Below are positions 16,469 to 24,826 of a stretch of 32,000 bases of DNA, piece by piece (the stretch's first letter is position 1; each line of letters opens with the position of its first letter). This DNA comes from Ignicoccus hospitalis KIN4/I. GTDB lineage: Archaea > Thermoproteota > Thermoprotei_A > Sulfolobales > Ignicoccaceae. The notes beneath the pieces are model-generated. The model saw only the letters and a program-made list of their open reading frames with translations. It ran no database searches and was not told where the DNA came from. The stretch is taken from contig NC_009776.1 of assembly GCF_000017945.1 (NCBI RefSeq), forward strand, positions 750,001 through 782,000. The letters run 5' to 3'. Both the position numbers and the translations under genes were made by a program.

Positions 16469-16783
16469 CTAGCGCTCCCTCAACAACAAGTAAGCGGGTA
16501 CGCTTCCCGGCGCGCAGCAGTAAGTTCTTAACCACAGCGGCCAACAGCGCCCCCTTCGGGCCCTCCACACGTTTACCAAGACTAAAAGCGCGAAGACGGG
16601 GTTGTGCAAAGCCAGCCAGAACGAGGCCAACGCGGAGAGGAAGGGGTGACCGAACAAGGCGTACGCCGCGCTGGAGGGGAGCCACTGGAGGGACCACAAG
16701 AACAGGAGCACCTCAACGACCAGACAGAGGGCTCCACTTGGACTAGGACCAATCATCCGTTCAGCACTCGGGTTCTTCTTCAT
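16469..16783 (-). CDS. Membrane protein, N-terminal portion (hypothetical; possibly disrupted)
   Basis: The ATG at 16783 forms an ATGA overlap with the queC stop. The first 75 aa or so contain TM helices (ALCLVVEVLLFLWSLQWL, FLSALASFWLAL, VFALLVLVNVW). The last 30 aa or so (RARRGRCWPLWLRTYCCAPGS...) look like out-of-frame translation. Confidence 0.45.
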   Translation of the reverse strand: MKKNPSAERMIGPSPSGALCLVVEVLLFLWSLQWLPSSAAYALFGHPFLSALASFWLALHNPVFALLVLVNVWRARRGRCWPLWLRTYCCAPGSVPAYLLLRER

Positions 16784-17562
16784 CGCCCCTTCCGTACGGA
16801 CCTAAGCCACCGGACGTACCACTCGGGGAGCCTCTCGTAACTCTCGGTCAGCGGGTCGGGCACGCCGGCCTCCATGAAGGCCCTCAACCTACTCACACAA
16901 GCCGGGCACGTGCCGCAAGGCCTATCCCCTCCCCTATAGCACGTCCAAGTGAGCTCCAACGGCACCCCCAGCTCTAACGCCCTCTTGACGACGTCCTTCT
17001 TCTTCAGCCGGACGAACGGGGCGTATATAGTTATCTTAGCCTCCCTGCCGGCCCTCTTGAAGTTGAATACTACAGAGGAGCCCTCGTTAAGGGCCCTCTC
17101 CATAGCCTCTACGAACTCCGGGCGGGTGTCCGGGTAGACCGGCTCCCCCGGGGCGTAGTCAGTTCCGTGGAAGCCTACTGAAATTACCCCAAGGCCGTCG
17201 TTCCTTTCTATCATCAACTTTTCCAGTATTGCTCCCGCCGAGGCCAGCAAGACGGCGTTCCTCTGGGGAACGTAGGTCGGGGGCACGAGGCCAGGGACGA
17301 GCTCTTCTGCCTCCGGGACCCCCCTCCCCCCGAGCAAGGCGCTCACTTCTTTTACCTTTTCGAACAAGTCGCTCAAGTCGACTACCAAGTGCTGGGCTCC
17401 GTAGAACTTGGCTACCTCCGCGGCCGCCTTAAGTTCCCTCGCGTGCCTCTGGCCGTAAACCACGGTGAGGGCAACCTTCACGTCCGGGTTGAACTTGTTT
17501 ATTGCGTCAGCGAAGGCGGTGGCGGAGTCCATACCTCCCGAGACCAAGCCTACGAGTATCAC
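16780..17562 (-). CDS. queC: 7-cyano-7-deazaguanine (preQ0) synthase QueC
   Basis: It has the PP-loop SGGMDS and the C-terminal Zn site CYRGGDRPCGTCPAC. I placed the start at the GTG at 17562 (VILVGLVSGG), which forms a GTGA overlap with the upstream radical SAM gene's stop. Confidence 0.85.
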   Translation of the reverse strand: MILVGLVSGGMDSATAFADAINKFNPDVKVALTVVYGQRHARELKAAAEVAKFYGAQHLVVDLSDLFEKVKEVSALLGGRGVPEAEELVPGLVPPTYVPQRNAVLLASAGAILEKLMIERNDGLGVISVGFHGTDYAPGEPVYPDTRPEFVEAMERALNEGSSVVFNFKRAGREAKITIYAPFVRLKKKDVVKRALELGVPLELTWTCYRGGDRPCGTCPACVSRLRAFMEAGVPDPLTESYERLPEWYVRWLRSVRKGR

Positions 17563-18653
17563 TCTACCACCCGGTATAGGTTGTCCCTCTCCTTGGCTAT
17601 ACACCCGGCCCCCTCTATCCACCTCCTCACGTCGTCCTCGTCCGGGAACTTAACCTTGAGGCCCGTTGCGGGTATCACGCTCTCCTCGTACAAGGTCCCT
17701 CCCCAGTCGTCTGCCCCCCACTTAAGGGCTAACTGGGCCACGTCCTTGCCTACGGTCAGCCAGCCCGCTTGGACGTGAGGTATGAGGTCCCCGAAGGTCA
17801 AGCGCGCGACCGCTATTACCCTTAACAGCTCCGCTCCCCCGTAGGGGTACTTTATTTTACGTTCCCTCGCCAGCTCCGTGTTCCCGGGTTCGAAGTTCCA
17901 AGCTATGAAGGCCAAGCTCCCCGGGGCCCTCTCTTGGAGCTCCCTCAGCTTGATCAAGTGAAGCGCCCTCTCGCTCACCGTCTCTACGTGGCCAAACATC
18001 ATGGTTACGGACGTGGGTATGCCCAGATTGTGGGCAGTTTCTACTATTTCCAGCCACCTTTCCACGGAAATCTTCTTAGGGCTGAGTATTTTCCTCACCC
18101 TCTCGACCAAAAGCTCAGCTCCCCCTCCGGGCATGCTTTCCATGCCCGCTTCCTTCAATCTGGAGAGGACTTCTTTCACACTGATCTTATGCTTCTTACT
18201 GAGGAAGTCCACCTCCACGGGGCTCAAGGCGTGTATGGCTACTTGAGGGGTGCGCTTGCGTATTTCCCTAAACATGGTCTCGAAATACTCTATATCTACC
18301 TTCGGGTTGACCCCGCCTTGGATTAGGACTTGCCTTATGCCCTTCTCCCTCGCCAGCCTCTCAACCGCGAAGGCGGCAGCTTCTGGGGAGAGCAAGTAGC
18401 CCTCTCCAACCCTCCTGTAGAACGCGCAGAACTTGCACTCAACCACGCACTCGTTGGTGTAGTTGAGTATCATGTTCTTTATGTACGTACACACGTTCCC
18501 GTACATCCGCTTCTTCAGCTCGTTCGCTGCCTCCCCTAAGGCCCACAAGTCCCAGCTGCTCAAGAGTTCTTCGACTTCCTTCACGCTGAGCTTTTCCCCC
18601 TCTAGGGCCTTCTCGATGATAGGTGCCAGGTCGCTCCTCTCCCACGTCCTCAC
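17559..18653 (-). CDS. Radical SAM enzyme of the MqnC/MqnE/CofH family (futalosine-pathway menaquinone biosynthesis likely)
   Basis: The CX3CX2C motif sits in NYTNECVVECKFCAFYR, and the protein is a 364-aa TIM-barrel type with GGVNP, GGGAE-like and WGADDWGGT motifs. I cannot separate MqnC from MqnE by eye. Confidence 0.7.
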   Translation of the reverse strand: MRTWERSDLAPIIEKALEGEKLSVKEVEELLSSWDLWALGEAANELKKRMYGNVCTYIKNMILNYTNECVVECKFCAFYRRVGEGYLLSPEAAAFAVERLAREKGIRQVLIQGGVNPKVDIEYFETMFREIRKRTPQVAIHALSPVEVDFLSKKHKISVKEVLSRLKEAGMESMPGGGAELLVERVRKILSPKKISVERWLEIVETAHNLGIPTSVTMMFGHVETVSERALHLIKLRELQERAPGSLAFIAWNFEPGNTELARERKIKYPYGGAELLRVIAVARLTFGDLIPHVQAGWLTVGKDVAQLALKWGADDWGGTLYEESVIPATGLKVKFPDEDDVRRWIEGAGCIAKERDNLYRVVE

Positions 18654-18666
18654 TAAGTGTTTACCC

Positions 18667-20085
18667 TTAAGGCGCGCCCCGGGGGAGGTTAATCCTTTTC
18701 TTCAACTCCTCGCTCAGCCGTCCCACCAAGCCTTCCAGCCTCTTGGGCGCGGCCAAGTAGAACTTGACGTGTTCTACCTTACTCAAGTTCAACGCGACGG
18801 GAGAGTGGGTTGACAAGTCGACCAGCTTGCCCTCGGAACGCACGAAGACGTTTAGTCTCTTGGCCTTGAACGGCCTTATCGAAGCTCCGTACGCCAGCAG
18901 CTCCGGCTCCTCGCGGGCGAGGTCGGCCAGAGCGACGCCGTCCACCTCAGTCTTGTAGGCGGGGAACCTCAGTCCCTCAACGCTCCCATTGACCGTTACG
19001 TTTAAAACTTCTTTTCTGACCAAGATTTCGTGCTTCCTCTTTAGTACAACTTCCTTCAAGTTGGTGAGGTCTTCCTCATCGAAGAGCGCCCTGTAGAACG
19101 CGCAGTCGTCCACGCGCTCCAGCTCCTCTTCCTCCCATATCTTCGGGAACGCGCCCTCCTTGAGCCACCACGCCATGAGCCTCGACGCCACTGAGCTGTA
19201 CAGAAGAGTGGTCTTGTGGTAGTAAACGTTCTCGTACATGTAGAACCTCGATATGAGCATGCTTTCTACCGAGGGCACCCCCTTATCCAAAACAGCCACC
19301 TCGAAGGGAGTCCCCCTGTCAGAAGGGACTATAGCTAACACGGAGTACAGCCTCTCGTAGTCGAACAAACCGATCCTAGTACCAGCCATTATAGCGTCCC
19401 TCATCAAGTAGTCTCCCCTGTCCACGTCTATCTCTCCGTTACTCAAGAAGGCGTAAATGGTCCTTATCCCTTGGAACAGTTCCTCGTCCCACAAGCCCGG
19501 AGAGGGCTCCAGCAGCGACTTGACCGCCTTTACTGGGTCCTCGCTACAAGGCCCGGGGTTCCCGGACTCCTCGCAGAGCCTCTCGGCTAGGGTGACACCT
19601 CCGCACTCCCCTTCCAACATCTTCAACGCTATCCTTTTCGACACGCTCTCGTGCAACTTCTTCTGTTGCGCCTCCGGCGCCTCTAATCCCCATATCAGCT
19701 TGGCCTCGAAGACCGCGTCCTCGTAGTTGTGGGACAGCGGCCCGTGGCCCACGTCGTGGAGCAGCATGAAGTACTGGAACCACGGCTTGAGCGAGTCCAG
19801 CAGCTCGAGGAGCTGCCTCGTCTCGGAGCGCTCTTGGGGACCAAGCTTAGGAATTACGTACCTCTCCGTGGACGCCCTCAAGCTGTCAAGCGCCCTGCCG
19901 ACCAAGTAGGCTGCCCCCAAGCTGTGTTGGAACCTAGTCCCGTCGTGCGACGGGTATACCAAGTGGCCTAAGCCTATCTGTTTGATCCTCCTGAGCCTCT
20001 GGAAGACCGGGGTGTCCACTACGCGCCTAACTAAGAAGTCCGGTAGCTCGATCACTCCGTAAACGGCGTCGGAAAACAGCATCAT
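18667..20085 (-). CDS. HD-domain phosphohydrolase (COG1078, SAMHD1/dGTPase-like architecture)
   Basis: The motifs RFQHSLGAAYLV and LLHDVGHGPLSH (H...HD...D metal site) are present in a long helical body. I placed the start at the ATG at 20085, which forms an ATGA overlap with the upstream stop. The track start is a GTG at 20094. Confidence 0.75.
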   Translation of the reverse strand: MMLFSDAVYGVIELPDFLVRRVVDTPVFQRLRRIKQIGLGHLVYPSHDGTRFQHSLGAAYLVGRALDSLRASTERYVIPKLGPQERSETRQLLELLDSLKPWFQYFMLLHDVGHGPLSHNYEDAVFEAKLIWGLEAPEAQQKKLHESVSKRIALKMLEGECGGVTLAERLCEESGNPGPCSEDPVKAVKSLLEPSPGLWDEELFQGIRTIYAFLSNGEIDVDRGDYLMRDAIMAGTRIGLFDYERLYSVLAIVPSDRGTPFEVAVLDKGVPSVESMLISRFYMYENVYYHKTTLLYSSVASRLMAWWLKEGAFPKIWEEEELERVDDCAFYRALFDEEDLTNLKEVVLKRKHEILVRKEVLNVTVNGSVEGLRFPAYKTEVDGVALADLAREEPELLAYGASIRPFKAKRLNVFVRSEGKLVDLSTHSPVALNLSKVEHVKFYLAAPKRLEGLVGRLSEELKKRINLPRGAP

Positions 20086-21134
20086 CTCAACCACTTAATG
20101 TGTTCCATTACCTTATCCAAAGGCGCTCTGTAAATCCCTATTCCGTAGTCGGCGACGCCACCAATCCAGTATATATACTCTTTGTGTTTGACCAGGCCGC
20201 AGCCGTAGATTACCATCGGCCTGTCGCCGTAGAGTTCTTCTATGTACTTGGGGTACAGTAAGTACTCCGAGATGCCCAACAGCTCGCCGTCGCCGTTCAC
20301 CACGGCCAGTCCGTTCCGGTAGGACAAGTCGTCCTTCATTATAGCGTGCCACCCTATCAAGTACTCGTCGGACCCTATCTTTACGGGCGTAGTGGACACG
20401 CCGACCTTCAGCTCGAAGCGTTCCGGGACCAAAGTAACCCTCATCGTAGAGGGGTCTACCACCCATTCTTCCGCGTCCACCGTAGCCCTCCATATCACTT
20501 CGTGCCCTTCGATCCACGGGCGCGTCAGGATGACCAGCCCTCTGCCCTCCGGCCTTATCATGGTGGTGTTCTTCCACGAGGGCGGGAAGACGTCGCCCAA
20601 CCTTAAAACGGACTTTTCGACGACTTCTCCGTTCTCGTCCAACACGGCCACGCCTTGTTTGGGCCACAAGTCACCGTCCTTCAAGCCAACGGCAGTATAA
20701 AAAACCAAGAACCCGTCGCCGTAAAGGTGGGCCCGGGGGTCTTCGGCCCCCCTCTTGACCTCGTGGACGGTCGTGGGGTAGATCACCAGCCTCGCGCTTA
20801 AGTTTAAGCAACACGCGTTCTCCAACTTTTCCAACTCGAAGGTACTCAAGCCTATAGAAGAGACGTAGCCGTAGTAATCAAATATAAAGCGGGTGAACAT
20901 GAAGACGCGCCCGTCCTTCACGACCGCAGAGGGGTTGAATGCGACCAACGGGTCGCGCGGGTAGTTCAACACTTTGAAGTTCTTGGCTGTTAGGTACCCC
21001 ACGCGCTCGAACGCGTCGTCTACAAGCGTTCCCTTCCTCAAGCCCACGAGTTTCTCTTTGGCCTCGAGGACTTCTTGCGTTAGGCGCTCGAGATCTTTCC
21101 TCAAGGGGGAGCGCCAGTTTGGGAGTGGGTACAA
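20082..21134 (-). CDS. GH130/DUF377-type (PH1107-related) beta-propeller glycosidase or glycoside phosphorylase-like protein
   Basis: Family-like motifs are present: AFNPSAVVKDGRVFMFTRF, GAEDPRAHLYGDGFLVFYTAV and repeated propeller-blade patterns. The protein is 350 aa. Confidence 0.55.
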   Translation of the reverse strand: MYPLPNWRSPLRKDLERLTQEVLEAKEKLVGLRKGTLVDDAFERVGYLTAKNFKVLNYPRDPLVAFNPSAVVKDGRVFMFTRFIFDYYGYVSSIGLSTFELEKLENACCLNLSARLVIYPTTVHEVKRGAEDPRAHLYGDGFLVFYTAVGLKDGDLWPKQGVAVLDENGEVVEKSVLRLGDVFPPSWKNTTMIRPEGRGLVILTRPWIEGHEVIWRATVDAEEWVVDPSTMRVTLVPERFELKVGVSTTPVKIGSDEYLIGWHAIMKDDLSYRNGLAVVNGDGELLGISEYLLYPKYIEELYGDRPMVIYGCGLVKHKEYIYWIGGVADYGIGIYRAPLDKVMEHIKWLR

Positions 21135-21143
21135 AACTTATAA

Positions 21144-22334
21144 TCACTCGACTATTACCCCGAGCTCCCTCAGGGCCGAGATCATGTCATAGTACGCCTT
21201 TATTCTAGCTTTGTTCCTAGCCTCCTTCGGACCAGGGTTCTTCATGAAGAAGGCGTTGACGTCGTAGAATGTGCCCTTAACGCCCTTTTCTAGCAGAGCC
21301 GCAGCAAGCCTGACCAAGTCCACGGCGAGGCCCGCCAACGCGGGCGAGTCATTAATCCTCATGTTAACTATAAGTTCGTCCACCAAGCCGTTGAAGGTTA
21401 TCCACTCTATGTCCATAGCTACGAACTTCCTGTCCCCTATAGCCTCCACGTAGCCCGTCGGCTTTATGTAGTGGGGGGCGTCGTAGCCTAGGATATCTTC
21501 CACCACGCTGGACTTCGTCTTCTCCTTCATCAAGTTCCTCTCAGGTATAGTCAACGCTAAGAAGTCGGTGTTGCCACCTATGTTGAACTGGACGATGTAC
21601 CGGACCTTTCTGTTCCTCTCCGCTAGGTGCTCCAACAAGTCTGCGGTCAGCGGCGTAGCCCCGGTGGCCCCGTCGTCCCCCAGTACGAGGGAGTTAGCGT
21701 CTTCGTAAAGTTTGACGAAGGCCGGGTCATTGGCCAAGGGCGTGGGTATTAAGTTTATGAACGCCACTGGCTTGCCGGAGTCTTTGGCGGCCAAGTAAGC
21801 TGCAAACGCGTAGGCTTGGCCGGCGCTCACCTCGCCCCTCTCCAAGGCCTTTGCGAGCTTCCCCTCGTCCCCGAAGGGCTCCGCGGGCTCGGTGGAGATC
21901 AAGTTCAAAACCACGTTGACGTTGTCACTCTTAAACTCCTTCGCTATCTCTTCTACGGCTTCCTTTAAGGGGAGCTTCTGATCCCTCCCCCTTACGGGGA
22001 ACATCTTGTCCAGTCCGGCCCCGGAGGAGGCGAGGACCCCTTCCCTGACCTCGAAGTCGGGGACGTCCGGGGGCACCGGGACAACTCCTTCCAGCTGCCT
22101 CTTCACTACCTCAGAGAGGGGCTTTCCCACCTTGTTGGCGTCTACGTCGTACGCGGAGACCACCTCCTCCTCTACGTAGTCTTTTATTACCTTGAACTTG
22201 GCCAGGGGGACCCCGTAGGGCTCGATTTCGGCCCTTTTTAACCTCTGGAGGCCTGCCGCGTAGTGGCTCGCTACGAGTCCGGCACCCACCACAGCGACCC
22301 TTATCAAAATCTCTTCCCGAGAGGGCGAGGACAT
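21144..22334 (-). CDS. myo-Inositol-1-phosphate (inositol-3-phosphate) synthase, archaeal type
   Basis: It has an N-terminal Rossmann motif (VAVVGAGLVASHYAAG), the motif QFNIGGNTDFLAL and a length of about 396 aa, typical of archaeal MIPS. Confidence 0.75.
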   Translation of the reverse strand: MSSPSREEILIRVAVVGAGLVASHYAAGLQRLKRAEIEPYGVPLAKFKVIKDYVEEEVVSAYDVDANKVGKPLSEVVKRQLEGVVPVPPDVPDFEVREGVLASSGAGLDKMFPVRGRDQKLPLKEAVEEIAKEFKSDNVNVVLNLISTEPAEPFGDEGKLAKALERGEVSAGQAYAFAAYLAAKDSGKPVAFINLIPTPLANDPAFVKLYEDANSLVLGDDGATGATPLTADLLEHLAERNRKVRYIVQFNIGGNTDFLALTIPERNLMKEKTKSSVVEDILGYDAPHYIKPTGYVEAIGDRKFVAMDIEWITFNGLVDELIVNMRINDSPALAGLAVDLVRLAAALLEKGVKGTFYDVNAFFMKNPGPKEARNKARIKAYYDMISALRELGVIVE

Positions 22335-22360
22335 CAGCAGAATAAGGGTTGCGGAACTAC

Positions 22361-22367
22361 TCTAAAG
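22361..22367. promoter_or_regulatory. Single central TATA-like element (TCTAAAG/CTTTAGA) in a 62-bp divergent intergenic region
   Basis: It lies 27 nt from the MIPS ATG (22334) and 30 nt from the PhoH-like ATG (22397). That is the spacing expected for leaderless transcripts in both directions. Confidence 0.3.
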
Positions 22368-22396
22368 CCCTCTCCGGAGGCCCCTAGGGACGCGAG

Positions 22397-23545
22397 ATGA
22401 AGAAGCTGCTCGGAATGATAGAGCCGAAGACTAAGGCGCAAGAGGCGCTGGTGGAGGCCCTAATGGACGACAAAATCGACGTGGTAGGCGCCTTCGGCCC
22501 CTCCGGGACAGGGAAGAGCTTGATAACTATAGCATATGCAATAGATTCGTTGCTCAACGGGAAGTACAAGAAATTCATAATAGCTAGGCCCGTGATAGAC
22601 GTGGTCACCGGGAAGGAGATAACGGCGGCGGACATAGGTGTGGAGGACTACTACAGGATAGCTTCGGCCTACTTAATAGACATACTGAGCGAGTACGTGA
22701 GCAAGGAAGAGGTCAGGAGGCTTTACGAGGAGGACAGGCTGATGTTGGTGGACACCCACTACTTGAGGGGCAGAACCTTCGACGACGCCGTCATCCTGCT
22801 AGACGACGCGCAGAACGCCGAGCCGGAGGCGGCAGTCGAGGCCTTGATGAGAATAGGAAAGAACAGCAAGTTCATAGTCGTGGGCGACCCCGTATTCCAG
22901 ACTCACGCGGAAATAGGCAAGGACGGCGCGAGCTTGCTCAGAGAGATACTGTTGAACGAGGACACGGCCAGGGTGATAGACCTAGGGATAAAGGACATCG
23001 TGCGCCCCGGCGCGCGCAGGGGCATAAAGTTCATGATGGAGCTTAGGATGAGGAAGAGGAAACTGAACGAACTCGAGCAAAAGGTCGTCGAGGCCGCCAG
23101 GATCTACGCCCCCGACGCGGACGTGATCACCGTGGTCGAGTTCACTGAGGAAAAGAGGAAGTTCGGCTTGGAGGAGAACCAACACGTCCCAGACGCCTTG
23201 GTCGTGCTAAAGGAAGGCCACGCGCCCAGGTTCATCGGTAGAGGGGGCGAGAGGATCGCGCGGATAGAGGAGGACAGCGGGCTCCGGCTGAGGACCGTCG
23301 AGCTCACCTTGAACCTAAAGGACATTATAGCGGCCATACACCCCGTGCCTTGGATACACAAACATATAGTTGACGTGGACTTCGCGGGTCCGTCCCTCTT
23401 GGTCAAGGTCAACGAGGAGGAGTTCGGCGCGTTCGTCGGTCAGAGGGGCTCCTACGTTAGGTTCTTGAGTGAAGTCATGAAGAAGCTATTAAGGGTGGAG
23501 GTGTGGGCTAGGGAGGTAGAGAGCAAGAAGAGGAGGCGCAGATGA
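22397..23545 (+). CDS. PhoH-like ATPase with C-terminal KH-type RNA-binding modules
   Basis: Walker A is GPSGTGKS and Walker B is VILLDDAQN. The C-terminal GxxG KH-like motifs are FIGRGGERIARIEEDSG and FVGQRGSYVRFL. Confidence 0.75.
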   Translation: MKKLLGMIEPKTKAQEALVEALMDDKIDVVGAFGPSGTGKSLITIAYAIDSLLNGKYKKFIIARPVIDVVTGKEITAADIGVEDYYRIASAYLIDILSEYVSKEEVRRLYEEDRLMLVDTHYLRGRTFDDAVILLDDAQNAEPEAAVEALMRIGKNSKFIVVGDPVFQTHAEIGKDGASLLREILLNEDTARVIDLGIKDIVRPGARRGIKFMMELRMRKRKLNELEQKVVEAARIYAPDADVITVVEFTEEKRKFGLEENQHVPDALVVLKEGHAPRFIGRGGERIARIEEDSGLRLRTVELTLNLKDIIAAIHPVPWIHKHIVDVDFAGPSLLVKVNEEEFGAFVGQRGSYVRFLSEVMKKLLRVEVWAREVESKKRRRR

Positions 23546-23638
23546 GGAGACCGCCAGTGTGTGACCCCGGATGAACGGAGCCGAGTTGGCCGAGAGCCGT
23601 TTTCTGCCCTCCCCTCCTCAGACCCGCGGAGCCCCGCC

Positions 23639-24811
23639 TTGAGGACTGCCGCAGTTCTCCTCGCCGCTGGGAAGGGCGAACGCATGTGGCCCCTCACGTC
23701 CACGCGCCCCAAGCCCTTGCTGCCCGTAGCCTTGGGCGAGAGCTTGTTGGAGCGATGGATTAAGGCGCTGAAGGAAATAACGGAAGACATCATCGTAGTC
23801 GTCAATAAAGAACACGTCAAATACTTTGAAAACTTAAGGTCCGAGTACGGAGTCGAGCTGGCAGTACAGATCGCCGCCCCTGGGACGGGGGCGGCGTTGG
23901 CCTCTGTGAAGCCCCCGGAGGCAGACTACGTGGTAGTGGCTTACGCCGACGTGTACTTGCAGAGGCCGCTCTTAGAGCTGAAGAGGCTCTTGGCCGAGGC
24001 CCCCTCGGTACTGGCCGTCCGAGTGGACGACGTGAGCCAGTACGGCGCGTTGGTCGTCGAGAACGGCGAGGTAAGGGAAGTGATTGAGAAGGAGATGAGC
24101 GGCCCCGGTCTCATAAATGGAGGCGTATACGTCTTCAGTAAGGAAATATTTGAGTTATTGAAGGAGTTAAAGCCTTCCAAGAGGGGCGAATACGAACTGA
24201 CGGACTTGGTCAAAGGGCTTAGGGCGGTGGAGGTCGCGAGCGGATGGAAGGACGTCGGCAGGCCTTGGGACATCTTCGACGTGATGAAAATGGAATTCGA
24301 GGTGAGGGAGGGCCTCGAGAACCCTTGGGGGCCCGGGAAAGTCTACGGCGAGCTGCCCGAAGTCAAGGGCGAGGTTTACGTGGAGGGGCCGGTCTACTTC
24401 GGCGAGGGCGTCGTTTTGGGCCCCTTCGCCCACGTGAGGCCCTACGTCGCCTTGCTAGACGGCGTGAAGGTGGGCCCGTTCGTACAAGTTAAGGAGTCTA
24501 TGATAATGGAGGGTTCGAGGTTGCCCCACTTGAACTACGTGGGGGACAGCGTGGTGGCCGAGGACGTCAACTTCGGCGCGGGCAGCGTCACGGCCAACTT
24601 GAGGTTCGACGAGAGGGAGGTAGAGGTAACCCTCAAGGGCCAGAGGGTCAGCACGGGGAGGAGGAAACTGGGCGCGATAGTGGGCGGGGGCGCCAGGATA
24701 GGGGTCAACGTGAGCTTGATGCCGGGGACTAGGGTGGGCGCCCGCTCTTGGATTTACCCCGGCTGCGTAGTGAGGGGCGACGTCCCGGACGGGGCTAGGT
24801 ACAAGTGCTGA
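23639..24811 (+). CDS. Bifunctional-type sugar-1-phosphate nucleotidylyltransferase with a C-terminal left-handed beta-helix (GlmU/ST0452-like)
   Basis: The N-terminal motif is LLAAGKGERMWPLTSTRPKPLLPV. The C-terminal hexapeptide repeats read GDSVVAEDVNFGAGSVTANL...GAIVGGGARIGVNVSLMPGTRVGA. I placed the start at the TTG at 23639 (MRTAAVLLAAGKG). The track ORF begins at a GTG at 23561. Confidence 0.75.
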   Translation: MRTAAVLLAAGKGERMWPLTSTRPKPLLPVALGESLLERWIKALKEITEDIIVVVNKEHVKYFENLRSEYGVELAVQIAAPGTGAALASVKPPEADYVVVAYADVYLQRPLLELKRLLAEAPSVLAVRVDDVSQYGALVVENGEVREVIEKEMSGPGLINGGVYVFSKEIFELLKELKPSKRGEYELTDLVKGLRAVEVASGWKDVGRPWDIFDVMKMEFEVREGLENPWGPGKVYGELPEVKGEVYVEGPVYFGEGVVLGPFAHVRPYVALLDGVKVGPFVQVKESMIMEGSRLPHLNYVGDSVVAEDVNFGAGSVTANLRFDEREVEVTLKGQRVSTGRRKLGAIVGGGARIGVNVSLMPGTRVGARSWIYPGCVVRGDVPDGARYKC

Positions 24812-24826
24812 GGCGGTGTTTAGGAA

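Noticed and set aside
17159-17219. C/D-box sRNA-like spacing on the minus strand (TTGATGA ... CTGA about 60 nt apart)
   Set aside because: There are no internal D' or C' boxes and the C box has U at the R position. The whole segment lies inside the well-supported queC coding frame. Other UGAUGA occurrences (1781, 2756, 6556, 24283, 29382, 29572) also lack a properly spaced CUGA.
18667-20085. HD/SAMHD1-like protein as a nucleotide-depletion antiviral defence gene
   Set aside because: This COG1078-type architecture is, to my knowledge, broadly conserved in archaeal core genomes. Here it is embedded and translationally coupled in a housekeeping array, with no neighbouring defence or mobile genes.
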